Shown here piece by piece: positions 9,270-18,874 of a DNA stretch of 46,402 nucleotides (positions are counted from its first letter, which is position 1; every line of letters begins with the position of its first letter). Origin of the DNA: a virus; IMG/VR virus record IMGVR_UViG_3300026907_000065, positions 1-46,402 of that record, one strand, 5' to 3'. A program made the position numbers and the translations under genes. The notes beneath the pieces are model-generated. The model worked only from the letters and a program-made list of their open reading frames with translations, made no database searches and was not told the DNA's origin.

Positions 9270-9902
9270 ATGATGAATCAGAAACTCAGGACCATCCGCC
9301 TCTATGGCGTCTTGGGTATACGTTTTGGTCGGGTACACCGGTTGGCGGTCAGTAATGCTTCGGAAGCCATTCGCGCCTTGTGCATTTTGATTCCGGGGTT
9401 CGAGCGTTTTCTCATGGAGTCCAAGGATCAGGGCCTGACTTATTCGGTTTTCCTGGACCGCGACAATATTGGCCAGGACCGCCTCAACGCACCGTGCGGC
9501 CACGCGGATGTGCGTATTGCCCCCGTGGTTATCGGCAGCAAACGCGAGGGTGGGCTGCAAACCATTGTCGGGGTCGCGCTGATCGTGGCCGCCTCGTATT
9601 TCTCCGGAGGAGCCGCTGCTGCTGGTGGCAGTTCCAGTCTGATCGGCAGTACAGCCACCACGGGCTGGTCCTTTGTCGTCAACATGGGGATCAGCATGGC
9701 GATGGGCGGCGTGATGCAGTTGATGTCGCCACAAGCCAAGGGGATCGGCCCACTGGACAAGCCCGGTAACCGCTCCAGCTACAGCTTCAACGGCCCGGTG
9801 AACACCACGGCGCAAGGCAATCCGGTTGCCTTGCTTTACGGGCGGATGACGGTAGGCAGTGCTGTGATCAGCGCCGGGGTGTACACGCAGGATCAGCTAT
9901 AG
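9270..9902 (+). CDS. Tail assembly protein I (lambda gpI-like), copy 1
   Basis: RTIRLYGVLG.RFGRVHRLAV, RIAPVVIGSK, SYSFNGPVNTTAQGNPV, GSAVISAG. Confidence 0.9.
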   Translation: MMNQKLRTIRLYGVLGIRFGRVHRLAVSNASEAIRALCILIPGFERFLMESKDQGLTYSVFLDRDNIGQDRLNAPCGHADVRIAPVVIGSKREGGLQTIVGVALIVAASYFSGGAAAAGGSSSLIGSTATTGWSFVVNMGISMAMGGVMQLMSPQAKGIGPLDKPGNRSSYSFNGPVNTTAQGNPVALLYGRMTVGSAVISAGVYTQDQL

Positions 9903-9969
9903 CCTTCGTCGGCTCAGCGTTCATCTCAAGCCCACATCTGGTGGGATTCTTATTGGTCGGAGAAACGTC

Positions 9970-10572
9970 ATGGCCAGCTCAAAGGTCCGTACCGTCCGTT
10001 TGTATGGTGTGCTGGGGACGCGGTTCGGCAGGGTGCATCGCCTTGCAGTCAACAGCACCTCGGAAGCCATCCGCGCACTGGGCATATTGATCCCGGGGTT
10101 CGAACGCTTCCTGGTGGAGTCAAAAGACCGGGGACTGACTTACTCGGTATTCATGGGAAAAGAAAACATCAATCAGGATCGGCTACGGTCTCCGGTCGGC
10201 AAGGACGACATACGAATCGCGCCGGTGATCATCGGCAGCAAGCGGGCAGGATCGCTACAGACTATCGTGGGCGCGGTTCTGGTCGTCGCAGGGCTGGTGA
10301 TTACCGGAGGCTCTTTCGGTGCCGCCGCGCCCTTTGGCTCCGCGCTTATCTCGATGGGCGCTTCGATGATGGTAGGGGGAGTCATGCAGATGCTTTCCCC
10401 CCAGCCCAAAGGACTGGCGGCTCAGGACAGTCCCCACAATCGGCCCAGCTACAGCTTCAACGGAGCAGTCAACACCAGCGCTCAAGGCAATCCGGTGGGC
10501 GTTCTGTATGGCCAGCTGATCGTCGGCAGTGCGGTCATCAGCGCCGGCATCTACACCCAGGATCAGCTTTAA
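9970..10572 (+). CDS. Tail assembly protein I (lambda gpI-like), copy 2
   Basis: Same motifs as copy 1; clear paralogue ending YTQDQL. Confidence 0.9.
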   Translation: MASSKVRTVRLYGVLGTRFGRVHRLAVNSTSEAIRALGILIPGFERFLVESKDRGLTYSVFMGKENINQDRLRSPVGKDDIRIAPVIIGSKRAGSLQTIVGAVLVVAGLVITGGSFGAAAPFGSALISMGASMMVGGVMQMLSPQPKGLAAQDSPHNRPSYSFNGAVNTSAQGNPVGVLYGQLIVGSAVISAGIYTQDQL

Positions 10573-10590
10573 AGCCCACCGTCTTCAACC

Positions 10591-10616
10591 AGCCCGCCCT
10601 CGCGCGGGCTTTATTT
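10591..10616 (+). terminator. Intrinsic terminator-like hairpin before J
   Basis: AGCCCGC-CCTCGC-GCGGGCT-TTATTT. Confidence 0.7.
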
Positions 10617-10632
10617 CGCCTGAAGGAAAGCC

Positions 10633-13600
10633 ATGACTGACCTTATTCTCGCTGGCAGCAAAGGCGGCGGCTCCAAGCCACGCCCCTCCGTGGAGGCGCC
10701 AGACAGCCTGCAAAGCACGGCTTACGCACGTATCCTCGATCTCGTCAGTGAAGGTGAGATTGTCGGCTTGAAGAACGATAAGCGCTCCGTATTCCTTGAT
10801 GAAACGCCCCTGGCCAATGCCGATGGCAGTCTCAACTTCAGCGGTGTGACACTCGATACCCGCAATGGCAGTCAGGACCAGAGCTATATCCCAGGTTTCC
10901 CGGCGGTCGAGAACGAAACCGCGGTCGCCGTGGAGCTGCGCAGCGACCAGCCCTGGAGCAAGGCCATCACCAATCTGCAGTTGTCGGCGGTGCGTGTACG
11001 GCTGGCGGTTTCCCGGCTGGCGCAAACCAATACCAGCAACGGCGATACCAACGGTTATACAGTCCAGTACGCGATCGACCTGTCCACGGACGGTGGTGCG
11101 TTCGTCGAGGTACTCGCCGCGGCCTTCAGCGGTAAAACCACCAGCAAGTACGAGCGTTCGCACCGGGTCGATCTTCCCGCCGCCAAGAGTGGCTGGACGG
11201 TACGTATCCGCCGTCTGACGCCGAACTCCAGCAGCGGTGCGATTGCCGATACCACCAGCGTTGAATCCATCACCGATGTGATCGATGCCAAGTTGTGTTA
11301 TCCCGGTTCGGCCATTATCGGTCTGCAGTTCGATGCCTCGCAGTTCCAGTCGATTCCTTCTCGCGCCTTCGAGCTGCTCGGTCGAATCATCAAGGTGCCG
11401 AGCAACTACGATCCGCAATCCCGGGTGTATACGGGTATCTGGGACGGGACTTTCAAGTCGGCCTGGACCGATAACCCGGCCTGGATCTACTACGACCTGC
11501 TGTTGCACCAACGTTACGGTCTGGGCCATCTGCTCAACGCCGCCCAGGTCGACAAGTGGGAGCTCTACCGCATCGGCCAGTACTGCGACCAGCCGGTTTC
11601 CGACGGCAAGGGCGGTACCGAGCCGCGTTTCACCTGCAACCTGTACCTGTCGGTGCGTGCCGATGCGTTGAAGGTCCTGCAGGACTTGGCGACCACCTTC
11701 CGTGGCATGTCCTATTGGGGGGCGGGCTCGGTCATGGCCGTGGCGGACATGCCGGAAGATCCGGTTTACACCTATTCGAACGCCAACGTGATCGATGGAA
11801 AGTTCGTTTATGGCGGTTCGGCGAAAAAGACCCGTTTCACCGTGGCCCTGGTCAGTTGGAACGACCCGAGCGACTTCTATCGGCAGAAGGTGCAATACGT
11901 CGACGACGCCGAAGGCATCGCCCGCTACGGCATCCAGCAGACTGAAATCAGCGCCACCGGTTGTACTTCCCAGGCACAGGCGCAGCGCATCGGCAAATGG
12001 GCGTTGTTGACCAACCGCCTGGAAACCGAAAGCGTGACCTTTTCGGTCGGCCTCGATGGCACCCTGGCACGGCCAGGACAGATCATTCGTGTGGCGGACA
12101 ATGACCGTGCCGGTCGCCGTATCGGAGGCCGCCTGCGCGCCGCGACGCTCCAGACCTTGACCCTGGACGCTGAAGTCCAGGCCCATGCCGGCGATACCGT
12201 CACCTTGGTGATGCCCACCGGCAAGGCCGTTTCCCGGTTGATCAAGGCCGTGAACAGCTCGACGGCCGGCGAGCAGACCGTGACCCTTGAGCCCCGTCTC
12301 GATGAACTGCCGCCGAGCCAGTCCATGTGGGCCATCGACTCGGCGAGCCTGGCGGCCCAGCATTTCCGTGTCCTGTCGATCGCCGAGGATTTCACCGACA
12401 GTGAAATCAGGTACAGCCTCAGCGCGGTCAAGCACGTGCCCGGAAAGTTCAGCGCGATCGATAACGGCTCGCGTATCGATCAACCACCGATCACCGTGAT
12501 TCCGCCGAGCGTTCAGGCGGCGCCGACGGATATAACGCTTAGCAATGAGCACTTTGTTGAGCAGGGCAGTGCGGTCAACGTCATGAACATCGGCTGGACG
12601 CGCCCGGTCAATGCCATCGCCTTCGAGGTCTACTGGCGCAAGAACGACGGTGAGTGGGTTTACGCCGGCCGTACGGGCGGTACCTCGATTGAGGTTTCGA
12701 GGATCTACGCCGGCCGTTATGTGGCCAAGGTCCGGGCGATCAACGCACTGGATATCGGCTCGCTCTATACCTACTCGAACGAAACCCAGCTCAACGGCAA
12801 AACCACGCCGCCGCCAGTCGTTTCGTCGCTGACGACCGAATCCCTGGTGTTTGCCATCAAGGTCAAATGGGAGATTCCTCAAGGCGTCGGCACTGCCGAT
12901 CTGCAGCGCACTGAAATCTGGTATGGCAAATCCAACGACCTGGCCAGCGCCAGCAAACTGGGAGACTACGCCTATCCGCAAACTGACCAGACCCTGGTCG
13001 GCCTGGCGGCTGGTACCACTTTGTTTTTCTGGGCGCGCCTGGTGGACCGGACTGGCAATATCGGGTCTTTCTACCCGGTTGCGAATGGCGTGATGGGGCA
13101 GGCCAGCTCCGATGCTGGTCCGATCCTTGATCTGATCGCCGGGCAGATTGGTGAAAGTGAGCTGGGGCAGCACCTTGGTGGCCGAATCGACTTGATCGAT
13201 GGCAACGGTCCAGACTCTGTCAACTCGCGCATCGATGCCGCCAAGGAGGAGCTGGAAGGGCTCATTGAACAGATCGTGGATGTCCTCGAGTACGACCCGG
13301 CCAAGACTTACGCGGTAAACGAGATCGTCCGGCAGGGGAAACACCTGTATCAATCTATTGGTGCTGTACCAGCAGGCACGGCGCCGCCAAATGCTACCTA
13401 CTGGATTGATATCGGCACTGTCGCCCAGACCGTCGACGCACTGGCAACCCAAGTTCAGCAGAACACCGCAACGATTACACAGCATGGCAACGACATTACT
13501 GCGCAGGCGTCACAGCTGAATGCGGTGAAGGCCACTATGGACGACCCGGTCACCGGCGTGAACGCTACAGCTACTGGACTGAGCACTCTCAAGGCCACGG

Positions 13601-14283
13601 TAACGGCGCTCGACGGCAAGGTAACCACCAGCGCGGGGCGAGTAGACGGAATCTATGTGCAGGTCAATCCAGCTATGGCCGGTGAGGAAACCGGCTATGC
13701 CGGATCTGAGCAGGGATATGTCGGTGTCTGGTCTGTGCAGTCGGCGGTGATCGAGGGCGACGTGGCCACAGGTAAGCGAGTGGACACCGTTCAAGCTCAG
13801 GTTGGCCAGAACAGCACCGTAATCCAGGAGGTCAGTCAGGCCCAGGTCGCGCTTGATGGCAAGGCCTCGACGATGTGGTCGGTGAAGATGCAGGTCGACT
13901 CCAATGGCAACTATGTCACCGCGGGCATCGGCCTTGGTATCGAAAACCAAAACGGCGTCTTCCAGAGCCAGTTCATCGTCAGCGCGGATCGCTTTGCGGT
14001 TGTGAGCGGGATGGGGGGCACGCTGGGCGCTCCGTTTGTTATCCAGAACGGACAGACGTTCATCAACTCGCTGTTCGTCGCCGAGGCCTCGATCACCAAC
14101 GGCAAGATCGGCGGGGCGCTTTACTCGCTCGACTATGTGCCCAACACCACGGGCTGGATGCTGCCGCGGACTGGCGCCTGGGAAATGAACGGTAGCAACG
14201 GCGCCGGCCGGCTTCAGATCAACAACACCTCCATCAAGTTCTATCACCCGAACGGGGTGGTAGGCATCGACATGAGCCTCTGA
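10633..14283 (+). CDS. Central tail fibre / host specificity protein J
   Basis: 1216 aa; GSKGGG, LDLVSEGEIVG, AWTDNPAW, FN3-like domains, coiled coil, AGIGLG...SQFIVSADRF. Confidence 0.93.
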   Translation: MTDLILAGSKGGGSKPRPSVEAPDSLQSTAYARILDLVSEGEIVGLKNDKRSVFLDETPLANADGSLNFSGVTLDTRNGSQDQSYIPGFPAVENETAVAVELRSDQPWSKAITNLQLSAVRVRLAVSRLAQTNTSNGDTNGYTVQYAIDLSTDGGAFVEVLAAAFSGKTTSKYERSHRVDLPAAKSGWTVRIRRLTPNSSSGAIADTTSVESITDVIDAKLCYPGSAIIGLQFDASQFQSIPSRAFELLGRIIKVPSNYDPQSRVYTGIWDGTFKSAWTDNPAWIYYDLLLHQRYGLGHLLNAAQVDKWELYRIGQYCDQPVSDGKGGTEPRFTCNLYLSVRADALKVLQDLATTFRGMSYWGAGSVMAVADMPEDPVYTYSNANVIDGKFVYGGSAKKTRFTVALVSWNDPSDFYRQKVQYVDDAEGIARYGIQQTEISATGCTSQAQAQRIGKWALLTNRLETESVTFSVGLDGTLARPGQIIRVADNDRAGRRIGGRLRAATLQTLTLDAEVQAHAGDTVTLVMPTGKAVSRLIKAVNSSTAGEQTVTLEPRLDELPPSQSMWAIDSASLAAQHFRVLSIAEDFTDSEIRYSLSAVKHVPGKFSAIDNGSRIDQPPITVIPPSVQAAPTDITLSNEHFVEQGSAVNVMNIGWTRPVNAIAFEVYWRKNDGEWVYAGRTGGTSIEVSRIYAGRYVAKVRAINALDIGSLYTYSNETQLNGKTTPPPVVSSLTTESLVFAIKVKWEIPQGVGTADLQRTEIWYGKSNDLASASKLGDYAYPQTDQTLVGLAAGTTLFFWARLVDRTGNIGSFYPVANGVMGQASSDAGPILDLIAGQIGESELGQHLGGRIDLIDGNGPDSVNSRIDAAKEELEGLIEQIVDVLEYDPAKTYAVNEIVRQGKHLYQSIGAVPAGTAPPNATYWIDIGTVAQTVDALATQVQQNTATITQHGNDITAQASQLNAVKATMDDPVTGVNATATGLSTLKATVTALDGKVTTSAGRVDGIYVQVNPAMAGEETGYAGSEQGYVGVWSVQSAVIEGDVATGKRVDTVQAQVGQNSTVIQEVSQAQVALDGKASTMWSVKMQVDSNGNYVTAGIGLGIENQNGVFQSQFIVSADRFAVVSGMGGTLGAPFVIQNGQTFINSLFVAEASITNGKIGGALYSLDYVPNTTGWMLPRTGAWEMNGSNGAGRLQINNTSIKFYHPNGVVGIDMSL

Positions 14284-14284
14284 C

Positions 14285-14587
14285 ATGACCGGCCTGACAC
14301 TGAAAACCGCGGGCGACGTTGTGCTGGTGGATATGACGATGAAGATCAGTCAGATGGTCGGCAGCGTGGTGACTGGCGGGGCCAATGGTTCCGCTACGAT
14401 CCCGCTGCCGCCGGCCGGCAAGACCATGTTCTTCATCGTGGTGCCGCTGGTGGACCTGCAGCGCGAAAAGGGCAAGCGGCCGGGCGTTGTTCTGTCTGGC
14501 ACGACGCTCTCCTGGTCCTACTCCTACAACACAAATGGTTGGGGCTACTTCTCGGCCAACTGCCAGATCTATTACGGATACTACTGA
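14285..14587 (+). CDS. Small J-associated tail protein
   Basis: 100 aa beta-rich directly after J; position like small post-J genes of F-pyocins. Confidence 0.65.
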   Translation: MTGLTLKTAGDVVLVDMTMKISQMVGSVVTGGANGSATIPLPPAGKTMFFIVVPLVDLQREKGKRPGVVLSGTTLSWSYSYNTNGWGYFSANCQIYYGYY

Positions 14588-15462
14588 TGGTCGCGAGATT
14601 GGTTGTAACGAAGGACACCGGCGAGCTGCTGTTCGATACCAGCAAGATCTGTTACGGGCTGGTGAAAAGCGGAAATCTGGCGTACCTCGAGAACTGGGCC
14701 AGGTACTACTTGAAGTCTGCCCAGCTTGACCCGAGCGACGGCGGGAACTGGGCGCCCGAGTCCGGCCCGGCACGAGGCGACCCAGCCTATGGCTTCACGG
14801 TGATGAACGCGCTTTCGCCGATCGTGTTCATCACCGGCCCTGGCTGCCTCAATGGGGTGTCTCGCTCAGGCAGTAGCATGACGTTCATCTACATCAATGC
14901 CGATGCCAACACCAAGTTCTATTGCTTCGACCTCATGGCCGACAACATTCCGGGCAGCCCCTACCTGAAAACGCGATTGGAGGATGGCAGGATCTCGTTC
15001 AACTCGTTGCAGCCCCCTTTAAACGTGCTTGCAGCAATACAAGCCCCGGCTCCACCTGCGCACCCGCCGACGTGGCCTGACTGGTACGGGACAACCTATG
15101 TCGGGGGCTACAACGTTCAGCGCCGCGGCACTGTCTCTCCGAACTTTTCGCCAGCGCTGGACAGCCGGGTGGACATTGGCCTGGCAGGTGAGGAGTACGC
15201 GGCATATCTGCCTTGGTCACGCTCCGCCATCTGCCTGAACGGCGCCGAGTGGACAGGTTACACGGTGACTGTTTCGGAAGGCGCATATGGCAGGGTTGGC
15301 GGCATCAGCTTTATGTTCGGCGCGGCCGGCGCGACAACGATAGGAAACACCCCATCCGGGACTGGAACACCGGCCGGGAATAACTTCCGCAACATTCCAA
15401 CGGACAGATATCCGACTGCCCTGGTAATCAGGACGGCGGGGCTACCGTTCCCGTATCAGTAA
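14587..15462 (+). CDS. J-associated tail tip protein (putative specificity component)
   Basis: 291 aa, TGATG-coupled to previous gene; LLFDT and ISFNSLQPPL motifs. Confidence 0.6.
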   Translation: MVARLVVTKDTGELLFDTSKICYGLVKSGNLAYLENWARYYLKSAQLDPSDGGNWAPESGPARGDPAYGFTVMNALSPIVFITGPGCLNGVSRSGSSMTFIYINADANTKFYCFDLMADNIPGSPYLKTRLEDGRISFNSLQPPLNVLAAIQAPAPPAHPPTWPDWYGTTYVGGYNVQRRGTVSPNFSPALDSRVDIGLAGEEYAAYLPWSRSAICLNGAEWTGYTVTVSEGAYGRVGGISFMFGAAGATTIGNTPSGTGTPAGNNFRNIPTDRYPTALVIRTAGLPFPYQ

Positions 15463-15477
15463 GCGCACTACTTTCCT

Positions 15478-15502
15478 AAGCCCTCCATGCGAGGGCTTTT
15501 TT
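15478..15502 (+). terminator. Intrinsic terminator-like hairpin
   Basis: AAGCCCTC-CATGC-GAGGGCTTTTTT. Confidence 0.75.
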
Positions 15503-15515
15503 GTGGAGAAAATAA

Positions 15516-16523
15516 ATGTCCAAGCAGGTCATCAATCTCGGTGTCATCCCCACTGGCGTCGGCGGTGATACACCGCGCAGTGCAAACACCAAGGTCAACG
15601 ATAACTTCGCCGAGCTGTATTCTGTCCTCGGCGCCACCGGTTCGCCTTCGACGTTGCCCACGGCACTGCCCGTTGCCAATGGCGGAACTGGGGATACCAC
15701 GGCAGGTGGTGCCCGAACCAAGCTTGGCTTGGGCAATTCAGCTGTTGCGAATATCGGTTTTGAGTCGGGCAACGTTGCCGACGCTTATGCCATAGGAAGA
15801 ACAAAAACCAGCATTGTGCAGAACTGGCTCACGAACTCTGCCCACGGTATCGACACAAATCTCTATCCGCCTGGGTCGCCGAACATGCCCACCGGCGGTA
15901 GCGGGTACTGGTACAAGCAAGTTTTTCGGCATGCGGATTCGACCAACCGCCTCACGATCGCGTGGCCCTACGGTATTACCGGCAGCCCGGGTACCGTGAA
16001 ATTCCAATCTATTTATAACGACACTACGACACCTTGGGTCGAGCTGTACCACACCGGCAACACCACCCGCGGTTCGGGCGGCGTGCTGTCGGCTGCATCG
16101 CCGATTCTGCGCATTGCCAACGTCGCCGATAGCCAGCGCCAGGATCTCGACGAGCAGACCTTCGAACCTGCGGGGGAGTGGGGCGTGGCGAACAGCGAAG
16201 CGCGCGGCGTGAGCGTTGAGCGCTTGGGGGTCGGCGAGTACCGAGTGACCGGAAGTCTTGGCCTGGCCCTGGAGGGCTGGCGCACTCAAGACCCTTGTTC
16301 GCCAGATGGCGGAGGCACGCTCGGTATCACCGAGAGCGAACAGGACGCCGACGGCACTGTGACCATCAGACTGTTCAAGCAACGCTGGACCTTGTCCGAT
16401 GACGGCGAAATGATCCCCGGTCGCGGGGTTCCTCTGGACGTGCCCCTCAATAGTTGGATCGACGTGCGCCTGGAAATGCCTGCTGTAGAACCACCTCCAC
16501 AACAACTCGCCCAAACCGCATAA
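15516..16523 (+). CDS. Side tail fibre of F-type module
   Basis: INLG..PTG.GGDTPRSA..K.N.NFAELY anchor, LPVANGGTG repeat, ARTKLGLG, PWVELYHTGN, C-terminal fibre domain. Confidence 0.8.
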   Translation: MSKQVINLGVIPTGVGGDTPRSANTKVNDNFAELYSVLGATGSPSTLPTALPVANGGTGDTTAGGARTKLGLGNSAVANIGFESGNVADAYAIGRTKTSIVQNWLTNSAHGIDTNLYPPGSPNMPTGGSGYWYKQVFRHADSTNRLTIAWPYGITGSPGTVKFQSIYNDTTTPWVELYHTGNTTRGSGGVLSAASPILRIANVADSQRQDLDEQTFEPAGEWGVANSEARGVSVERLGVGEYRVTGSLGLALEGWRTQDPCSPDGGGTLGITESEQDADGTVTIRLFKQRWTLSDDGEMIPGRGVPLDVPLNSWIDVRLEMPAVEPPPQQLAQTA

Positions 16524-16524
16524 C

Positions 16525-16551
16525 AGCCCGCCACAGAGCGGGCTTCTTCTT
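16525..16551 (+). terminator. Intrinsic terminator-like hairpin
   Basis: AGCCCGC-CACAGA-GCGGGCT-TCTTCTT. Confidence 0.6.
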
Positions 16552-16565
16552 GTTTGGAGATTCGT

Positions 16566-16619
16566 ATGACTGTCACCCGGAAGCAGCTACAGATCGCCAG
16601 TTACTCCGCCGCGCGCTGA
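16566..16619 (+). pseudogene. 5' remnant of a GH19-type endolysin gene
   Basis: GGAGA SD + MTVTRKQLQI... (17 codons) resembles MSVTEGQLLKI start of endolysin at 45321; expected position after fibre. Confidence 0.45.
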
Positions 16620-16724
16620 CGGCTAACTGCCTGACGCTCGAGCGGCGCTCAAATAAGTTTTCCCGTTAGAGAAGCAAGGACGATACAAATCCGTATACCC
16701 ATCTGCTTCAAGGAGAGAAAAACC

Positions 16725-17489
16725 ATGATCCCAATCGACTACAACAGCTATCGCACCCTCGCGCCCTACAACAAGCGCGTGCGTTTCCTGGTGCTGCATT
16801 ACACGGCCCTGAATTTCGAGGCGTCGGTCAAGGCGTTGACCACCGGTGCGGCGAGTGCCCATTACCTGATCCCGGCGCTGCAGGATCCGACGTATCAGGC
16901 CGCGGGTTTCCAGGAGCAACGAATTTTCAACCTGGTGGCCGAAGAAGACCGCGCCTGGCATGCCGGTGTCAGTGACTGGGCCGGTCGCAGCGGCTTGAAC
17001 GACACTTCCATCGGCATCGAGATCGTCAACGAAGCCACCGACGTCAACGGCGTCTTCACCTTCCCGGATTACGAACGCTCCCAGGTCGAGGCGCTCAAGC
17101 AACTGGCCCTGAATATTCTCCAGCGTTATCCGGACCTGTCGCCGAAAAACGTGGTGGGCCACTCCGATATCGCGGTGGGCCGCAAATCCGATCCGGGCCC
17201 CAAGCTGCCCTGGAAAGAGCTCTACAAAGCCGGCATTGGCGCCTGGTACGACGAGCCGACCAAGAAGAAATACGTCCAGCAATTCCGCGCCGCGGGACTG
17301 CCCGAGCGTGCCGAAGTGCTCAAGGCCTTCGCCACCTATGGCTATGGCGTGCCGGCCCAGGCAACGGATGACTTCTTCCAGTCGCTGGTGCGGGCGTTCC
17401 AGATGCACTTCAGGCCGAAGAACTATACCGGGAAACTGGACGTGGAAACCTGCGCGATCCTGTATGCGCTGAACGAGAAGTACGCCTGA
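16725..17489 (+). CDS. N-acetylmuramoyl-L-alanine amidase (Amidase_2, AmpD/AmiD-like) with C-terminal PG-binding region
   Basis: FLVLHYTA, ASAHYL, AWHAG, SIGIEIVN, VVGHSDIA..RKSDPG, VRAFQMHFRP; no signal peptide evident. Confidence 0.92.
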   Translation: MIPIDYNSYRTLAPYNKRVRFLVLHYTALNFEASVKALTTGAASAHYLIPALQDPTYQAAGFQEQRIFNLVAEEDRAWHAGVSDWAGRSGLNDTSIGIEIVNEATDVNGVFTFPDYERSQVEALKQLALNILQRYPDLSPKNVVGHSDIAVGRKSDPGPKLPWKELYKAGIGAWYDEPTKKKYVQQFRAAGLPERAEVLKAFATYGYGVPAQATDDFFQSLVRAFQMHFRPKNYTGKLDVETCAILYALNEKYA

Positions 17490-17723
17490 TTCGATCAGGG
17501 TGAACCGCTCGCAGGGCAGGGGGCTCCATCGACGGTGATGCCGGACCTCAACGAAGTCTCGTGAGCCATCCGTTGCATCACCCATTCCGTTCCTGACGTC
17601 GCTCGCCGACCTGGCGATCGAGAATCCTGCCCAAATCGACATTCGCTGTTCCTCCACCTCGCGCGACATCCGCAGCGCTCCTGCGCAACTTCAACCCCTG
17701 ATATCTGAACAGGAGGCCTCTCT

Positions 17724-18248
17724 ATGCCCGCAGTCATCGACAAGCCGTCGCAGCTGTTTTTCGCCATTGCCGAGACCCTGCGAGGGGCTGGCCTTGGCCT
17801 CAAGGTTGGCAGTCACCAGGACTTCGATGGTCTGCTCGACCCGGCCTGGGTGTTGATTGCGATCGAGCGCGATGCCCCGGGCATGCGCAGCCAGGAAGGG
17901 CGTATCGCCCATGCCCTGACAGTCTCGCTGCAAGTTGTGGCGGCCGTGGGGGCCGAGCGGTCCGGGTTCGAGCCCTGTGATCTGGCCAGCGCGCTGAAGG
18001 ATCTGGCCACGGATAACCGCTGGGGATTACCGGCAGCGCAGTGCGACCTGCCGATGAACCTCGAGGGCCTGCCTTCGACCCTGATTCGCGGCGAGCAGCA
18101 GCACGCGGCCTGGACGCTGTCGTTCACCCAGACGCTGTACCTCGGGCAGCCCTTGCTGGACGACCCGACCGGCATACCGAAGTTCGCCCGCACCTGGGAA
18201 GTCTCGAACATCGACGACCCCGACCAATACCAAGCACTGGAGGGCTGA
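17724..18248 (+). CDS. Putative tail completion/terminator protein
   Basis: 174 aa, AGGAGG SD, first gene of module; function inferred from position. Confidence 0.55.
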   Translation: MPAVIDKPSQLFFAIAETLRGAGLGLKVGSHQDFDGLLDPAWVLIAIERDAPGMRSQEGRIAHALTVSLQVVAAVGAERSGFEPCDLASALKDLATDNRWGLPAAQCDLPMNLEGLPSTLIRGEQQHAAWTLSFTQTLYLGQPLLDDPTGIPKFARTWEVSNIDDPDQYQALEG

Positions 18249-18251
18249 GCC

Positions 18252-18860
18252 ATGTTTGACGAGCTGCTGCGCATGCAGCTGGGCCCGATCATCGAGCGGC
18301 TGGCCGAGATGGAAACCGAACTCGATGACTTGCACCGGCGGACGGAAAACCATTGTCGGATCGGTGTGTGCCAGGCGGTCGATGCGGCCAGCAACACCTG
18401 CCGGGTCAGCCACGGAGAGCTGCTGACCCCGGCGATCCGCTTCTTCAACCCCAGCGCCGGCGCGCAAAGCGAATCGCGCATTCCCTCCGTGGGCGAGCAG
18501 TGCCTGCTGTTCAACTACGGTGGCGGCGACGGCGGCGCGCAGTCGGTGGCGCTGTTCGGCCTCAACTGCGACCGCTTTCCACCGGTGTCGACCCTAGCCG
18601 CGCTGACCCGCCGCCAATACGCCGATGGCACCCAAAGCAGTTATGACGATGCCGGCCATGTCTTGAGCTGGAGCAATGGCCCGACCGCGCTCACCGCTTC
18701 CCGCGAGGCGGTCGAGTTGAGCATCGGGCCCGCCCGGCTGGCGATGAGGCCCGAGGCGATCGAGCTGCGGCTGGGCGCGGTCGGCATCTTGCTCGACAGC
18801 GCCGGCATCCACTTCAGCGGCCCCCTGGTGGAACACCAGGGCCGCGTTATCAGCCCTTGA
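18252..18860 (+). CDS. Baseplate spike (P2 gpV-like)
   Basis: RIGV.....CRV.HG.LLT, PSVGEQCLL, YADGT..SYD. Confidence 0.85.
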   Translation: MFDELLRMQLGPIIERLAEMETELDDLHRRTENHCRIGVCQAVDAASNTCRVSHGELLTPAIRFFNPSAGAQSESRIPSVGEQCLLFNYGGGDGGAQSVALFGLNCDRFPPVSTLAALTRRQYADGTQSSYDDAGHVLSWSNGPTALTASREAVELSIGPARLAMRPEAIELRLGAVGILLDSAGIHFSGPLVEHQGRVISP

Positions 18861-18874
18861 TTAAGAGGCTTCCC

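Larger units (their letters stand above)
4704..16523 (+). mobile_element. Module 1: lambda-like flexible (F-type) tailocin
   Basis: Gene order tube-G/T-H-M-L-K-I-I-J-two small genes-side fibre; no capsid, portal or terminase. Confidence 0.88.

Noticed and set aside
10585..13485. 966-aa minus-strand ORF (and similar long antisense ORFs at 22672-23982, 29892-31640, 34381-36777, 1159-2604)
   Set aside because: Antisense shadows of recognisable high-GC genes; no motifs.
17490..17723. 234-bp spacer before module 2 as promoter or sRNA
   Set aside because: No convincing promoter, operator copy or stable structure seen by eye.
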